Below, piece after piece: positions 9,541-20,669 of a DNA stretch of 64,000 nt. Source of the stretch: an uncultured Spirochaetota bacterium (GTDB lineage: Bacteria; Spirochaetota; B62-G9; CAZFGQ01); NCBI GenBank assembly GCA_964518675.1, contig CAZFGQ010000003.1:759-64758 (forward strand), written 5' to 3'. The notes under the pieces were generated by a model. The model was given only the letters and a program-made list of their open reading frames with translations, was not told the origin of the DNA and made no database searches. Position 1 is the first letter of the stretch. Each line of letters starts with the position of its first letter. The position numbers and the translations under genes were made by a program.

Positions 9541-10464
9541 TCAATTTCTCTTGTCAAGAATTCCTCTTAATTCACTATAAAGGGTAAACAGTACTTGTGG
9601 AGGCAATTCCTCTGCTCTTGTATTAATCCTGCCTGAAACTTTAACAATAGCTTTTTTCAATTTATCCTCATCCACATAAAATCCTGCAAGAATGTTTTTA
9701 ATAATCCCCTTTCTCCGCTGGGAAAATGCCGTTTTAACAAAATCCGCAAATCCGATCAGTGTACTCCGATCAATCTTCTTTTTTTTAACCAATCTTATAA
9801 CTGCGCTCCTCACAGCCGGCTGGGGAAAAAAATTACCAGGTGAAATTGACTTTTTTAATACCTCAATCTCAGATGCAATCTGAACAATAACAGAAAGAAC
9901 AGAATAATCTTTCGTTCCTGGTCTTGCAGAAATCCTTTCAGCTGATTCATGCTGTACCATCCCCACAATTAACTGAACATTATCCAGATATAGAATGGTC
10001 TCGAGAATAGCCCGATTTGAAATACTGTACGGGAAATTTGAAACCATCTTATTTGCACCTTGAATCAAGTCCAATCCTCCAACTTTGCCCCTGCAAATCT
10101 CCATAAAATCCGCATTGAGAAGTTCAACATTTTTTATTCCATATTCAGATAGCAGATTTGAAAGATACCTGTAAAACCCTCCATCAATCTCAATTGATAT
10201 TACCTGTTTCGAATAAAGTGAAAGATATACTGTAAGAACTCCAATACCTGGCCCTACCTCAATAACTACATCATTTTCACCCAATTCTGACCACTCAACC
10301 AGCCTTTCGAGAAGATTTCTATTTATCAAAAAATGCTGGCCAAACCTTTTTTTAAATGAGAATCCGCAGGATTTCAACGATTCAGCTATATATGAAGGCG
10401 AGGATAAACGATCGATCAAATTAAAAATAGCAGTTCTCTGGTTTTCTTTTATATCATTTTTCAT
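9541..10464 (-). CDS. rsmA: 16S rRNA m6,2A dimethyltransferase RsmA/KsgA
   Basis: KKRFGQHFL, VIEVGPGIGVLT, VSNFPYSIS, FFPQPAVRSAVI, FSQRRK, RAEEL. Confidence 0.93.
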   Translation of the reverse strand: MKNDIKENQRTAIFNLIDRLSSPSYIAESLKSCGFSFKKRFGQHFLINRNLLERLVEWSELGENDVVIEVGPGIGVLTVYLSLYSKQVISIEIDGGFYRYLSNLLSEYGIKNVELLNADFMEICRGKVGGLDLIQGANKMVSNFPYSISNRAILETILYLDNVQLIVGMVQHESAERISARPGTKDYSVLSVIVQIASEIEVLKKSISPGNFFPQPAVRSAVIRLVKKKKIDRSTLIGFADFVKTAFSQRRKGIIKNILAGFYVDEDKLKKAIVKVSGRINTRAEELPPQVLFTLYSELRGILDKRN

Positions 10465-10491
10465 TTAATCGCTTTTGAAAGTGAATACCTT

Positions 10492-11853
10492 TCAGGCTGG
10501 GATATTATGGAGAAGTTTCGTCAATTCTTCCTTGTCAATCAGATCAATTGGCCTTATCTGGGCAAACTCAACGGCACTTTTTGTAAAGCGTGAAGCTGTC
10601 ACACATATACCTCTCATAGCATTATCCCGTCTCATCTGATCATACAGACTTCTTATCACATCGTAACCAATAGGGTCCGGGCTTCTGAATATTTTTACAA
10701 TTGTCGGAGCTTTTTTAGCGTTTCTCCACTTACTCTGGGTTTCGAGTGCATTTATTTCAACAAGATCCGAGTTTCTTAAAAATACATCCTGAACCTCCAG
10801 CCCCATAAACTTAACAAGCTCTTCACAATATTTCTGAAACTTCGCATTATTTGCTGTGATAAAATCTTTGAGCCTATCGTCAGTTCTCAACTCACTGTAC
10901 ATTGCAAGTTTTTCAGCCACATCTTTATATTTAGGATTTTTTTTGTAGATCTTCTCCCATAGAGCAACAGCCCTTTCAAGATTTCTATTTGTTTCATAAC
11001 ATTTAGCCAGCAGGTATCTTATTGCCTGGATGACGGGCAAATCCTCTTCTCCCAGCTTCTCAGCCCTTTCGAGCTCCTGAATCGCTTTTTCTATATTTCC
11101 TTTTATGGCGAATATCGAACCCCTCTCAAACAAACACCTCTGCTTGACCTCTGGATCTTTCATTGCTTTCTCAAATTGTGTTAAAGCAGAAGCCGTATCG
11201 CCGAGAGCCTTTGATATCAGGCCAAGATAATAGTAGGATTTGTAATTCTGCTGATCATACTTAAGAGCTGTAATAAAAGCCTTTTTTGCCTCGGGGAAAA
11301 CCCTCTTTTTGTACAGTATAACACCAATTCTGAAATAAGAGTCAGCATGCTGGGGGTTTATGGTAATAACTTTTTTATAGTTTCTCAATGCCGAATCGGT
11401 ATAATTTCTCTCTTCAAATAATTTTGCTACCTGATAATGATAATGAAAGTTCTGAGGATCGATCTTCGTAAGTAAAATCCATTCCTTCTGACTCTCATCA
11501 AGCTGCCCCAACTTATAGTAAGCATCTGCAAGCCTCTCCCTTACTTTAACTTCAGTAGCTATTGGTGTAAACTTACCGGTATTAACAATATATCTGTACT
11601 CTGCAACTGCAAGATCTGGTCTTCCTTCTGCAAGATAACATTCTCCAAGATACCAGTGGGCATCAGGATTTTTTTCGTTTCTGGCAAGGAGGGCTTTTGC
11701 ATGTCTTAGAGCAGGTTTCGTATTGCCTTTTTTTAGTTCTTCCTCTATTACAGAAAATTTTTTCGGAGTAACCATGGTTTTGAGTAACAACGAGATAAAA
11801 ACAACAAATCCTGCACCGCCAAAAACTGCTAAAAATACAATAAGACTACCCAT
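10492..11853 (-). CDS. Membrane-anchored TPR protein with C-terminal Mrr-like (restriction endonuclease fold) domain
   Basis: N-terminal TM helix, multiple TPRs, and C-terminal RGICVTASRFTKSAVEFAQIRPIDLIDKEELTKLL typical of Mrr_cat. Confidence 0.78.
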   Translation of the reverse strand: MGSLIVFLAVFGGAGFVVFISLLLKTMVTPKKFSVIEEELKKGNTKPALRHAKALLARNEKNPDAHWYLGECYLAEGRPDLAVAEYRYIVNTGKFTPIATEVKVRERLADAYYKLGQLDESQKEWILLTKIDPQNFHYHYQVAKLFEERNYTDSALRNYKKVITINPQHADSYFRIGVILYKKRVFPEAKKAFITALKYDQQNYKSYYYLGLISKALGDTASALTQFEKAMKDPEVKQRCLFERGSIFAIKGNIEKAIQELERAEKLGEEDLPVIQAIRYLLAKCYETNRNLERAVALWEKIYKKNPKYKDVAEKLAMYSELRTDDRLKDFITANNAKFQKYCEELVKFMGLEVQDVFLRNSDLVEINALETQSKWRNAKKAPTIVKIFRSPDPIGYDVIRSLYDQMRRDNAMRGICVTASRFTKSAVEFAQIRPIDLIDKEELTKLLHNIPA

Positions 11854-11935
11854 TTATTGCCTCTTTTTTTAAAACACTTAACATTATCTGCACTAATACG
11901 ATACTTTATTATAGATATAATAGTCAAAAGAAATA

Positions 11936-12673
11936 ATGATTATTAATTTAAAAGTGATGAAGAAAAAGCTTCAATTTTTAATAATAATCTCCATTATTAC
12001 TCTATTTGTCGGCAGTTACGGTGCCGAAAATGAGCTATTCAAAAAAGGAATAGAGTACTACCAGAAACAGAATTACGAACTTGCGATAGCTCACCTCGAA
12101 GAGGCAAAAAAACTCGAGCCAGAAAACTCACTTGTATACTTTTACCTCGGAAACTGTTATTACGAAACAGGCGACCTTGATCAGGCCATACTTAATTTTA
12201 CCAAAGGATTAAACTATACTGACGAAAAAGCACCATTTTTCTATAACCTTGGAAACTGCTACTTCCTGAAAGGAAATTACAACTTTGCCATCGAAATGTA
12301 TATCAAAGCACAGGTCTATAACCCCGAACTATACGGTGCATACCTCAATGCTGGTAACGCCTACTACAAAAGTGGTGATTATCAGAAAACTATAACACAG
12401 TGGGAGACATATCTACAGAAATATCCTGAAACACCTCAGTATAAAAATATAGAAAAAGCAATAGCATACCTAAAAGAAGAATTATCGAAACCGAAACAAA
12501 CAGAACCACCACCGCAGGAAAAACTCAAACTGGATGAAAAAACAGGTCTGGATATTGATCTGCTTAGCGAAGTATTAGGAGATCTTGAAGAGATTATAAA
12601 TGAAACGGAAAACGTGCTTGAAAGTAGTGCAAAACCACAGGATGATCTTTCGATCGAAGAACTGGATAAATAG
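11936..12673 (+). CDS. Exported TPR protein
   Basis: Signal peptide followed by about 4 TPRs (YFYLGNCYY, FYNLGNCYF, YLNAGNAYY) and an acidic tail. Confidence 0.82.
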   Translation: MIINLKVMKKKLQFLIIISIITLFVGSYGAENELFKKGIEYYQKQNYELAIAHLEEAKKLEPENSLVYFYLGNCYYETGDLDQAILNFTKGLNYTDEKAPFFYNLGNCYFLKGNYNFAIEMYIKAQVYNPELYGAYLNAGNAYYKSGDYQKTITQWETYLQKYPETPQYKNIEKAIAYLKEELSKPKQTEPPPQEKLKLDEKTGLDIDLLSEVLGDLEEIINETENVLESSAKPQDDLSIEELDK

Positions 12674-12721
12674 AATGAATGGTGAATTTTCCAAAAAATA
12701 GCGCACCAGAGGTAACTCAAA

Positions 12722-14626
12722 ATGAATTTCAAAAAACTTATTCCAATAATTATAGTAATACTTATCCTGCTCTTGGGAGGAGGAATATATCTGACAAAAT
12801 ATACAGGAAAGCGGAAAGTATCTGAGAAAATAACAGAAAAAATACCACCCTCACCAGAAAAACAGGTAGAGCAACCCGAAGCAAAACCTGAAACTGAAAA
12901 GCTAACCCTTCAAAAAGAAATCAACAATATGCTGAAACTTGCAAAATACTATATGGAAAGAAAAGAGTATGATCTGGCAAGAGGTCAGCTTGAACAGATT
13001 TTAATAAGAGATCCTGAAAATAGTGAAGCACTAAAACTCCTTGATGAAGCACTCAAAAAGAAAAAAGAGGAGGAGCTTAAAAAACAGAAAAAAGAAGAAC
13101 AAAAACTAACCAAGGTTGTAAAAAAGCTAAAAGAAGCGACACCGCCCCCACCTCCTCCTGAAAAGACCACACAAAAACCAGAGGAAAAACAAATCGATCT
13201 GGAAAAGGAGAGAAAACTCAGGGAGCAAAAAGCTGAGGAATATTTCAGAATTGGAAAGGAAAACTTTGAAAGGAAAAAATATGATGAGGCAATAAAAAAC
13301 CTCCAGAAATCTCTAGAATTTAAACCAAATCATGCCAAGGCACTTGCATACCTGGGTGCCAGCTACTACGCACAGAATGAAAATTCCCAGGAAAACATCA
13401 GAAATGCAATCGAAGCAAGTAAAAAAGCCATAAATCTCGATTCCACAATGCCTCTTCCCCACTTTACTCTGGCACAGATCTATGATTCGCAACAACTTTA
13501 TGCAAGTGCTGTTGCTGAATATAAAAAGACCCTTGAACTTGACCCAAATAACGGTATGGCTTATTACAAACTTGGAATAATTCAATACTTACAGCGCAGG
13601 TATGAAGAGGCATACATAAGTTTCTCAAAAGCAGCCTCACTCCTTAAAACATTTCCAAAAGCCTATTATAACCTCGGTCTGACGGCGCAGAAATTAGCCA
13701 GGGATAATGACGCCGCCAGGGCATATGCCAAAGCAATAGAGCTGGATCCGGCTTATACAAAAGCTATGATTAACCTGGGGGTTCTTTACTTTGAAAATGA
13801 ATTGTACGATAAAGCCATAGATCTCTATAAAAGGGCAATAAAAGTAAATCCGAATAATGTAAAGGCTCACATAAAGTTGGGTGACGCATACAGAGCGAAA
13901 AAAATGTTTGATAAAGCCAAAAAAGAGTACGAAACAGCTATAAATCTGGATTCTAAATCCGATATCACTCACTACAATCTTTCAATTTTATATGAGATGG
14001 AAGGCAAATATGAAAAAGCCATTGAAGAACTTCAAAAAGCAATCCAATTAAATGATAAGGATAAACGCTATTATTATAACCTTGGAAACAATTATGCCAA
14101 GATAGAAAAATATAATGAAGCAATCACGGCATATGAAAAATCTATCAAACTTGATCCCAATTATATGGAAGCGTACAATAATATCAGTGATATATACATA
14201 AAGAGCAACCTTTATGAAAAAGCACTGGCTACACTGAGAAAGGCAATCTCATTGAACCCAAAATCCATTGCAGCGAGAATTAATTATGGCAATGTGCTTC
14301 TGAAAAATGAACTTTACCAGGAAGCCGGTGAGCAGTTCAAAAAAGCTCTTGAATTGGACCCACTATCCCCAGAAGCGCATTTTGGCTTGGCATCGGTTTA
14401 TCTAAAATTGGGCGATGAAAATAGAGCAATTGCCGAATTCCTCAGAGTAATCAAATCTGATAAGAACTTCATCAAAGCGTATGAACCCTTGGGAGATCTT
14501 CTTTTAAAGCAGGGTAAGAAAAAGGATGCTCTGACAATCTACAAAACACTTTTAAAGCTTGCACCTGACCATCCGGATAGAAAAAAAATTGAGTCGGTAA
14601 TCAAACAACTTGAATCTTCCGTTTGA
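12722..14626 (+). CDS. Large membrane-anchored TPR protein
   Basis: N-terminal TM, K/E/P-rich linker, then more than 10 TPRs (AYYKLG, AYYNLG, AMINLG, AHIKLG and so on). Confidence 0.85.
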   Translation: MNFKKLIPIIIVILILLLGGGIYLTKYTGKRKVSEKITEKIPPSPEKQVEQPEAKPETEKLTLQKEINNMLKLAKYYMERKEYDLARGQLEQILIRDPENSEALKLLDEALKKKKEEELKKQKKEEQKLTKVVKKLKEATPPPPPPEKTTQKPEEKQIDLEKERKLREQKAEEYFRIGKENFERKKYDEAIKNLQKSLEFKPNHAKALAYLGASYYAQNENSQENIRNAIEASKKAINLDSTMPLPHFTLAQIYDSQQLYASAVAEYKKTLELDPNNGMAYYKLGIIQYLQRRYEEAYISFSKAASLLKTFPKAYYNLGLTAQKLARDNDAARAYAKAIELDPAYTKAMINLGVLYFENELYDKAIDLYKRAIKVNPNNVKAHIKLGDAYRAKKMFDKAKKEYETAINLDSKSDITHYNLSILYEMEGKYEKAIEELQKAIQLNDKDKRYYYNLGNNYAKIEKYNEAITAYEKSIKLDPNYMEAYNNISDIYIKSNLYEKALATLRKAISLNPKSIAARINYGNVLLKNELYQEAGEQFKKALELDPLSPEAHFGLASVYLKLGDENRAIAEFLRVIKSDKNFIKAYEPLGDLLLKQGKKKDALTIYKTLLKLAPDHPDRKKIESVIKQLESSV

Positions 14627-14674
14627 TCTAAATAACTTTTAAAATCCAAAATTCAGTATTCAGGGAGAAATGGT

Positions 14675-14968
14675 ATGGGAGAAAAAGACCTGTACCAGCT
14701 TCATATGTTTGTATCAGGCAGAGTACAGGGTGTAGGATTTAGGTTTTACACTATAGAAAAAGCGCGCAAATACGGTATAAAAGGCTGGGTAAAAAATCTC
14801 TATGACGGAAGAGTTGAGATACTCGCAGAAGGTCCGAAACAAAACCTTTTATTATTCAGGCAGGACATTAAACTCGGTCCTTCAATGGCATATGTTTCCG
14901 AAATATCTGAACACTGGGAAGAAATTAAATCCTATACCTTTGATGATTTTTACATTAAATACTATTGA
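14675..14968 (+). CDS. acyP: Acylphosphatase
   Basis: VSGRVQGVGFR and GWVKNLYDGRVEILAEG signatures. Confidence 0.95.
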   Translation: MGEKDLYQLHMFVSGRVQGVGFRFYTIEKARKYGIKGWVKNLYDGRVEILAEGPKQNLLLFRQDIKLGPSMAYVSEISEHWEEIKSYTFDDFYIKYY

Positions 14969-14992
14969 ACAAAATTATAAAAGGATCTGAAA

Positions 14993-15451
14993 TTGAAGTC
15001 GTTATCGAGCAACCAAAACAGCGACATTCAATCCCCTGAAAAAGAACTCTCTATTTTTGAAATATTTTTTATTACTATAAGACCATTTGCCCTACCCGCC
15101 TCTGTAATTCCCGTTATTTTTGGAACTCTCCTAGTGGTAACTATCGGGAAAATGCCTTTAAAACCCTTAAACTTCATACTTGCTCTAGTCGGTATGATGC
15201 TCTTACACTCAGGCGCCAATGTGCTAAGTGATATCAATGATTATAAAACAGGCCTCGATAAAACCCCCACCCCAGCAAGTGGTGGAATCGTCAGGGGACT
15301 CATTACCACCAGACAGGCATTTTTTATATCCCTTGTACTATTTCTTCTGGGTACAATTTGCGGGATTATACTTGTAATTTTATCAGATATCTTTCTCCTA
15401 CCTTGCAATATAGCCCTCATTATTGACCTTTCGATGAAAAAGCTGGTCTGA
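14993..15451 (+). pseudogene. Truncated UbiA/MenA-family prenyltransferase
   Basis: IRPFALPASVIPV and LHSGANVLSDINDYKTGLD are MenA-like. The reading frame ends after about 3 TM helices (152 aa versus about 300 expected). Confidence 0.7.
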
Positions 15452-15732
15452 TGCCTGAAGATAAAAAAGTAAAAACCAGCCATAAGGCACTATTCTTTAT
15501 AACTGGTGTTACCCTACTCATGATGTCACCAATCTTCTTTTTCAAACAAATTTGCTTTTATCCTGTTACCATTTCGGTAAATTCAAAATTCAGAATTTCT
15601 TACCTGATTTTTCTCAAAATTCTTCATTATTTAATCCACAAATTGGAAATTCGGAGTCATATGACTTATATTTGAGTTATAAAAATACAAAATTGTATTT
15701 GCTCTTTTTACCATAAAACAAAAGACATTATA

Positions 15733-18700
15733 ATGGCAAAATTATTGAAGCAGACAACCAGTGACGAAAGATTTCTGAACAATATTTTTCTTCAGAATAT
15801 AATAGACGCAATTCAGGATGGGGTCACCATACTCGATCCGGACCTAAATATTCTTAAAGTAAATAAACAACAAAACATTATCTATGAAAAATACAAACCG
15901 CTCATAGGGAAAAAGTGCTACAAAGTTTTTCACCAGAGAAATACCCCATGCCCTGCATGCCCTACAATTAAGGTCTTAAAAACCGGGAAACAGCAAATAG
16001 AGACCATTCATTATGTCAAAGAGAATGGATATACTGGATGGATTGAACTAACCTCTTACCCCGTAAAAAACCAGGAAGGTAAAATAGTCTACATAATAGA
16101 ACATTCAAAAGATATTACCGAAAGAAAAAAGCTGGAAGAGAAACTCAATCTTCTATACCGAACATTAAATGTAATCAGGTACATTGATCAATTGATAATC
16201 AATGCAGCTGATCAGAAAGTATTATTCGAAAATACATGCAACATACTTGTGAAGAATAAAGAATATACATATGCATGCGCACTACTGGTGGATGACAATC
16301 TCGACATAAAAGAGGTATATTCAGCTGGGATCGATTTTGATACAGGAGAATTAATAACAAAAATTTCCACCGAAAAAAACTAAGATGGAAGAAATCTCAG
16401 AGAAAAATTAAAATCATTTATACATAAAAAATCATTAAAAAAATCCCCCATATTAGTAAAAGAAGACTACGAAGGGATCTGTTTAAAGTATATTGAAGGA
16501 AAAGCAGAACCATGCAATCAGATAATAGCAATTCTGGAGTATTCAAAAAAACTGTACGGTATATTAATTATTGGGATCTCACTAGAGCTCCAGCTTGATA
16601 AGGATGAGTTAGAAATTATTGGCGAACTGGCAAATGATCTTGCCTTTGCACTGTACAACATAGAATTAAGAAAATCGAAAGAAGATGAAGAAAAGCTACT
16701 GAGAAGTATAATAGACCACTCACTGACAGGACTGCTGATCATCGATAATAATTTTCGGTTTACATTTGTTAATAAAAAATGCTGTGATTTTCTCAATACA
16801 AGTAGAGAAGATATGATAGGACATGATTTCAGGGAGCTTTTACCGGAAGAAACCAGAGACATGGTTGTGGATAGATATCTCAGGAGACATAGGGGTGAGA
16901 ATCCACCGGAAAGGTACGAAGCAGGTGTTCTGACAAAGAATGGAGAAATAATCAGAATGGATATTTCAACAAATATAATACATAATTCAAAAGGAGATAA
17001 ATACAGCGTTTCGCACATTATTGACGTAACAGAAAACCGCCTCAGAGAATGTATTCATAAAATCCTCCACAGTATCACAATGTCGAGTAAATCATTTTCA
17101 GAAAAAGGTTTCTTTGAAGATCTCGGATTTGACAAATTATCAGAATTGTTCCTCATAGACAAAATTGAACTTGTTCTTTATGACGAAAAAAAAGAGCGTT
17201 TTATGCCTGTTTATAAAAAAAGCAAAAACGATACAATTACAACCAAGACTGAAAATCTGAAACCAGTCTTTGAAAATATCTTAAAAAAAGCTTTTCATGA
17301 TAAAAAAACAAAACTAATCACCAAGGGCGAAATCATTAAATCCATTTCAAAGAATGACCCCGAATTAGAAAAATTAATCCCTGAGTCATGGCTGTTGATA
17401 CCTCTTGTTTCAGATAATAGAACAATAGGATTTCTCAATCTTTACAGTAAAAAAAGAAAAATGCATTTTCGGAATTCAATCATAAAAATAATGGAAGAAT
17501 TCGCAACAGAACTTGCAACCTATATTCTACATAAAAAAATCGAGGATGAGACAAAACGACTGGCAATCGCCATAGAATCCGCAGCAGAATATATTATAGT
17601 AACAGACCCCAATGGAAATATTCAGTATGTAAATCCGGCATTTGAAAAGATCACTGGATACAAAAGAGAAGAGGTCATTGGGGAAAACCCAAGGATCCTG
17701 AAGAGTGGAAGACACAATCAAAACTTTTACAGAAATCTCTGGAATACAATCAAATCGGGTAGAACATGGAGAGGGGAATTTATAAATCGAAAAAAGGATG
17801 GAACTATCTACTATGAGGAAGCAGTGATTTCTCCAGTATTCGATAAAAGTGGAACCATAACCAGTTTTGTTGCGGTAAAACACGACGTTACAGAAAAAAA
17901 GAATCTGGAAGACCAGTATATGCAGGCACAAAAAATGGAAGCAATAGGAAGGCTGGCAGGTGGAATAGCACATGACTTCAACAATATGTTAAGCGTAATA
18001 ATGGGATATTCAGAACTTATTCTCAACAAGTTAGACAAAAACAGTGAAATTTATAGTGAAATAGAAGAGATATATAAAGCAGGTCTTAGATCATCTGAGC
18101 TTACAGCCCAGCTTCTGGCATTTGCCAGGAAACAAACGGTTAAACCCAAAATAATTGATTTAAATGATGAGATAAGCACCCATCTTAAGATGTTAAGGAG
18201 ACTTATTGGAGAAAACATTAAACTCCACTGGATACCAGGAGAACCTCTCTGGAAAGTAAAACTTGATCCAGGGCAACTTTCACAGATTTTGAATAATCTC
18301 TGCATAAACGCACGCGATGCAATTAATGATGTTGGAAACATAACCATCGAAACCAAAAATATGACAATTGACAGCTCTTATCATAAACTTCACCCGTTTG
18401 TAAAAGAAGGCGAATATGTTATGGTTGCAGTCACTGATGATGGAAAAGGAATGGATGAACATGTAAAGTTCCATATATTCGAACCTTTCTTTACAACGAA
18501 AACCATCGGGGAGGGAACAGGTCTTGGACTATCCTCTGTATACGGAGCCGTAAAACAGAACAATGGATTTATCCTTGTCTACAGTGAACCGGGTAAAGGG
18601 ACAACATTTAAGATATATTTCCCCCGCTATACTGGCACGGATGAGACAGCCGAGAACAATAAACACGCAATTAAAAAAGGAAAGGGGGAAGTTGTCCTCC

Positions 18701-19050
18701 TTGTGGAAGACGAAACACAGATTCTTGAGATAACAAAGAAAATGATTGAAAACATAGGTTATAAAGTTTTACCGGCAAACAATCCAAATGAAGCATTGGA
18801 AATTGTCAAAATTTACAGTGGTAAAATAAATCTCCTGATTACAGATGTGGTCATGCCAGACATGAACGGTCTTCTTCTTGCCAGAAAGATCAAATCAATC
18901 TATCCTGATCTAAAAGTTATTTTCATGTCTGGATACACAACAAACGTAATCAATCATGAAGGTGTTATAGATAAGGAGTATTACTATCTGCAGAAACCAT
19001 TTGATATAGCAACCCTTTCAGAAAAAATCCACCAAGTCCTGGGAAAATAA
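15733..19050 (+). pseudogene. PAS/GAF hybrid histidine kinase-receiver, split by one in-frame TAA at 16381-16383
   Basis: ORFs 15733-16383 and 16813-19050 share a frame. The intervening codons are open (…YGILIIG…ELANDLAFALYNIE…, GAF-like). H-box AGGIAHDFNN, GTGLGL and receiver LLITDVVMP are present. Confidence 0.8.
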
Positions 19051-19344
19051 GTAACTCCTCTTTACTGGATTTGTAAACAATCCTTTCTCATATTATTTTG
19101 TTTTTCACATCATGCTCACATCATTTATATGCTCATCGCGTACCGTCACTATTTATGTGGCCAGTCTTATTGCAGCCCTCATATGAGTTTCTCTTGGAGA
19201 ATATTTTGGAGTTATTCCACATTTTCCATTTCTCACAGGGAATCTATAAGAATAGAAGTATTAAAAAAGACATGGTGTTTTTCTATTTCCAATCTTCATT
19301 CCCTTCTTTCTCCACATCTCTATTCGCAAATATCTTTCCAACCT

Positions 19345-19556
19345 CTCCCCTTTGAGTTCGATACGATGAGAGTTACGAATTATCCTGTCGCAGATAGCAT
19401 TTGCAATTGTGGGGCCTCCGATTACCTGGTGCCATTTGTTTATTGGAATCTGAGAGACAACGATTGAGGATTTTCTACCAATCCTATCCTCCAGGATTTC
19501 TAATAAACCCAAACAATTTGATGCATCAAAAGGTTCCAGCCCCAAATCATCTATTT
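19345..19556 (-). mobile_element. IS21-family istB C-terminal fragment
   Basis: IDDLGLEP…LLEILEDRIGRKSSIVVSQIPINKWHQVIGGPTIANAICDRIIRNSHRIELKGE. Confidence 0.85.
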
Positions 19557-19572
19557 ATTTTGAGCTCAACAC

Positions 19573-19820
19573 AAATAGATGAGCTGGAATACACTCCTCT
19601 AAGCCCAGAGGATGCTAATTTATTTTTTCAGCTGGTATCCCGTAAATATGAGAAGACCTCTATCGTTATTACTTCTAATAGGAACTTCAAGTATTGGGGC
19701 TCAATATTTAACGATGAAGTAATAGCTGCTGCGATAATTGACATACTGTTCCATCATTCACATTTATTTGTTATAAATGGCCCCAGTTACAGGATTAAGG
19801 ATAAGGTTGTAAAGGAAAAA
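19573..19820 (+). mobile_element. Second IS21-family istB C-terminal fragment, opposite orientation
   Basis: IDELEYTP…LFFQLVSRKYEKTSIVITSNRNFKYWGSIFNDEVIAAAIIDILFHHSHLFVINGPSYRIKD. Confidence 0.85.
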
Positions 19821-19832
19821 CTTAATTTACAC

Positions 19833-20669
19833 CCAGGTCTCATCATAGCAAGCGTACCAGGAATCTTTCCCATTAATTTGATCATTTTACCCGTTCCCAT
19901 GGGCATTGCATCCATAAGTTCTGGAAGCATTAACTTCATTAAATCGGCAAAACCCTGTGGAGTCATAAGAGCGATCATGGCTTTAAATACTGCTTGCTGT
20001 TTCGTATCCTCGGGATTCGGATCTAGCATATCATACCTAAGTGCCTTAGCTACATAGTGCGCAAGGTCCTGCACCTCTATATCCAATCTTTTTTGTGCAG
20101 AAACCTTCAGATGAAACTCGCAGCACGGGCACAACGCCAGGACTTTTTTTGTACCCACCTCGTGGCCAAACCCATATCATTTTCCACATAACTCGCCGTA
20201 CATCCTGCAAAATAAACCACGGAAGATTCCGCGTCAGGACCCTATTTCTCGATTAAATCTTCGGGGAACCAATCACTTTTGTTTTTCCTGGATCCAGCCC
20301 ATATATTACCCTCTTTCCGGGGAGCAGCTGCCATCATCTCAAAGGGCGGAAATGTCATTTTTTTATTTTCATGGATCTCATTAACCTCCGAGTTTCATAC
20401 AGGAGGATTCAATTGTTCACATTCCTCAACACAGAAACCGTATTGAGAACAACTGTATGCATACCATGCAATATCAGCAGGTATTCCTCTTGTATCCTTT
20501 TCAAATCTTTATCCAATCCGGGCACTTACCCTATTCCCAAGAGAACGAAGAAATGGCTCAAACTTTCTCCTGCTATACTTACCGATATTCCAACAACTCC
20601 CGAGTTTATCACCTTTCTGGGATTCATAATACCAAACTCATCTTCTGACTTCTTGAAATCGCCCAATTT
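19833..20669 (-). pseudogene. Highly fragmented FAD-binding/(Fe-S)-binding CCG-domain oxidoreductase remnant
   Basis: Colinear pieces in different frames: FGIMNPRKVI, IAWYAYSCSQYGFCVEEC, MTFPPFEMMAAA…EK*…VYFAGCTASYVEND, VLALCPCCEFHL…MDAMPMGTGKM. Confidence 0.7.

Noticed and set aside
12985-13230. Low-complexity K/E-rich and poly-Pro stretch
   Set aside because: An ordinary flexible linker within the TPR protein, not a DNA repeat element.
16381-16383. Recoded stop (selenocysteine/pyrrolysine readthrough)
   Set aside because: The codon is TAA, not TGA or TAG, and other genes terminate normally at TAA.
19401-20057. 218-aa ORF as a real gene
   Set aside because: It is a chance chimera of the antisense of one istB fragment, the second istB fragment and the antisense of the Fe-S remnant.
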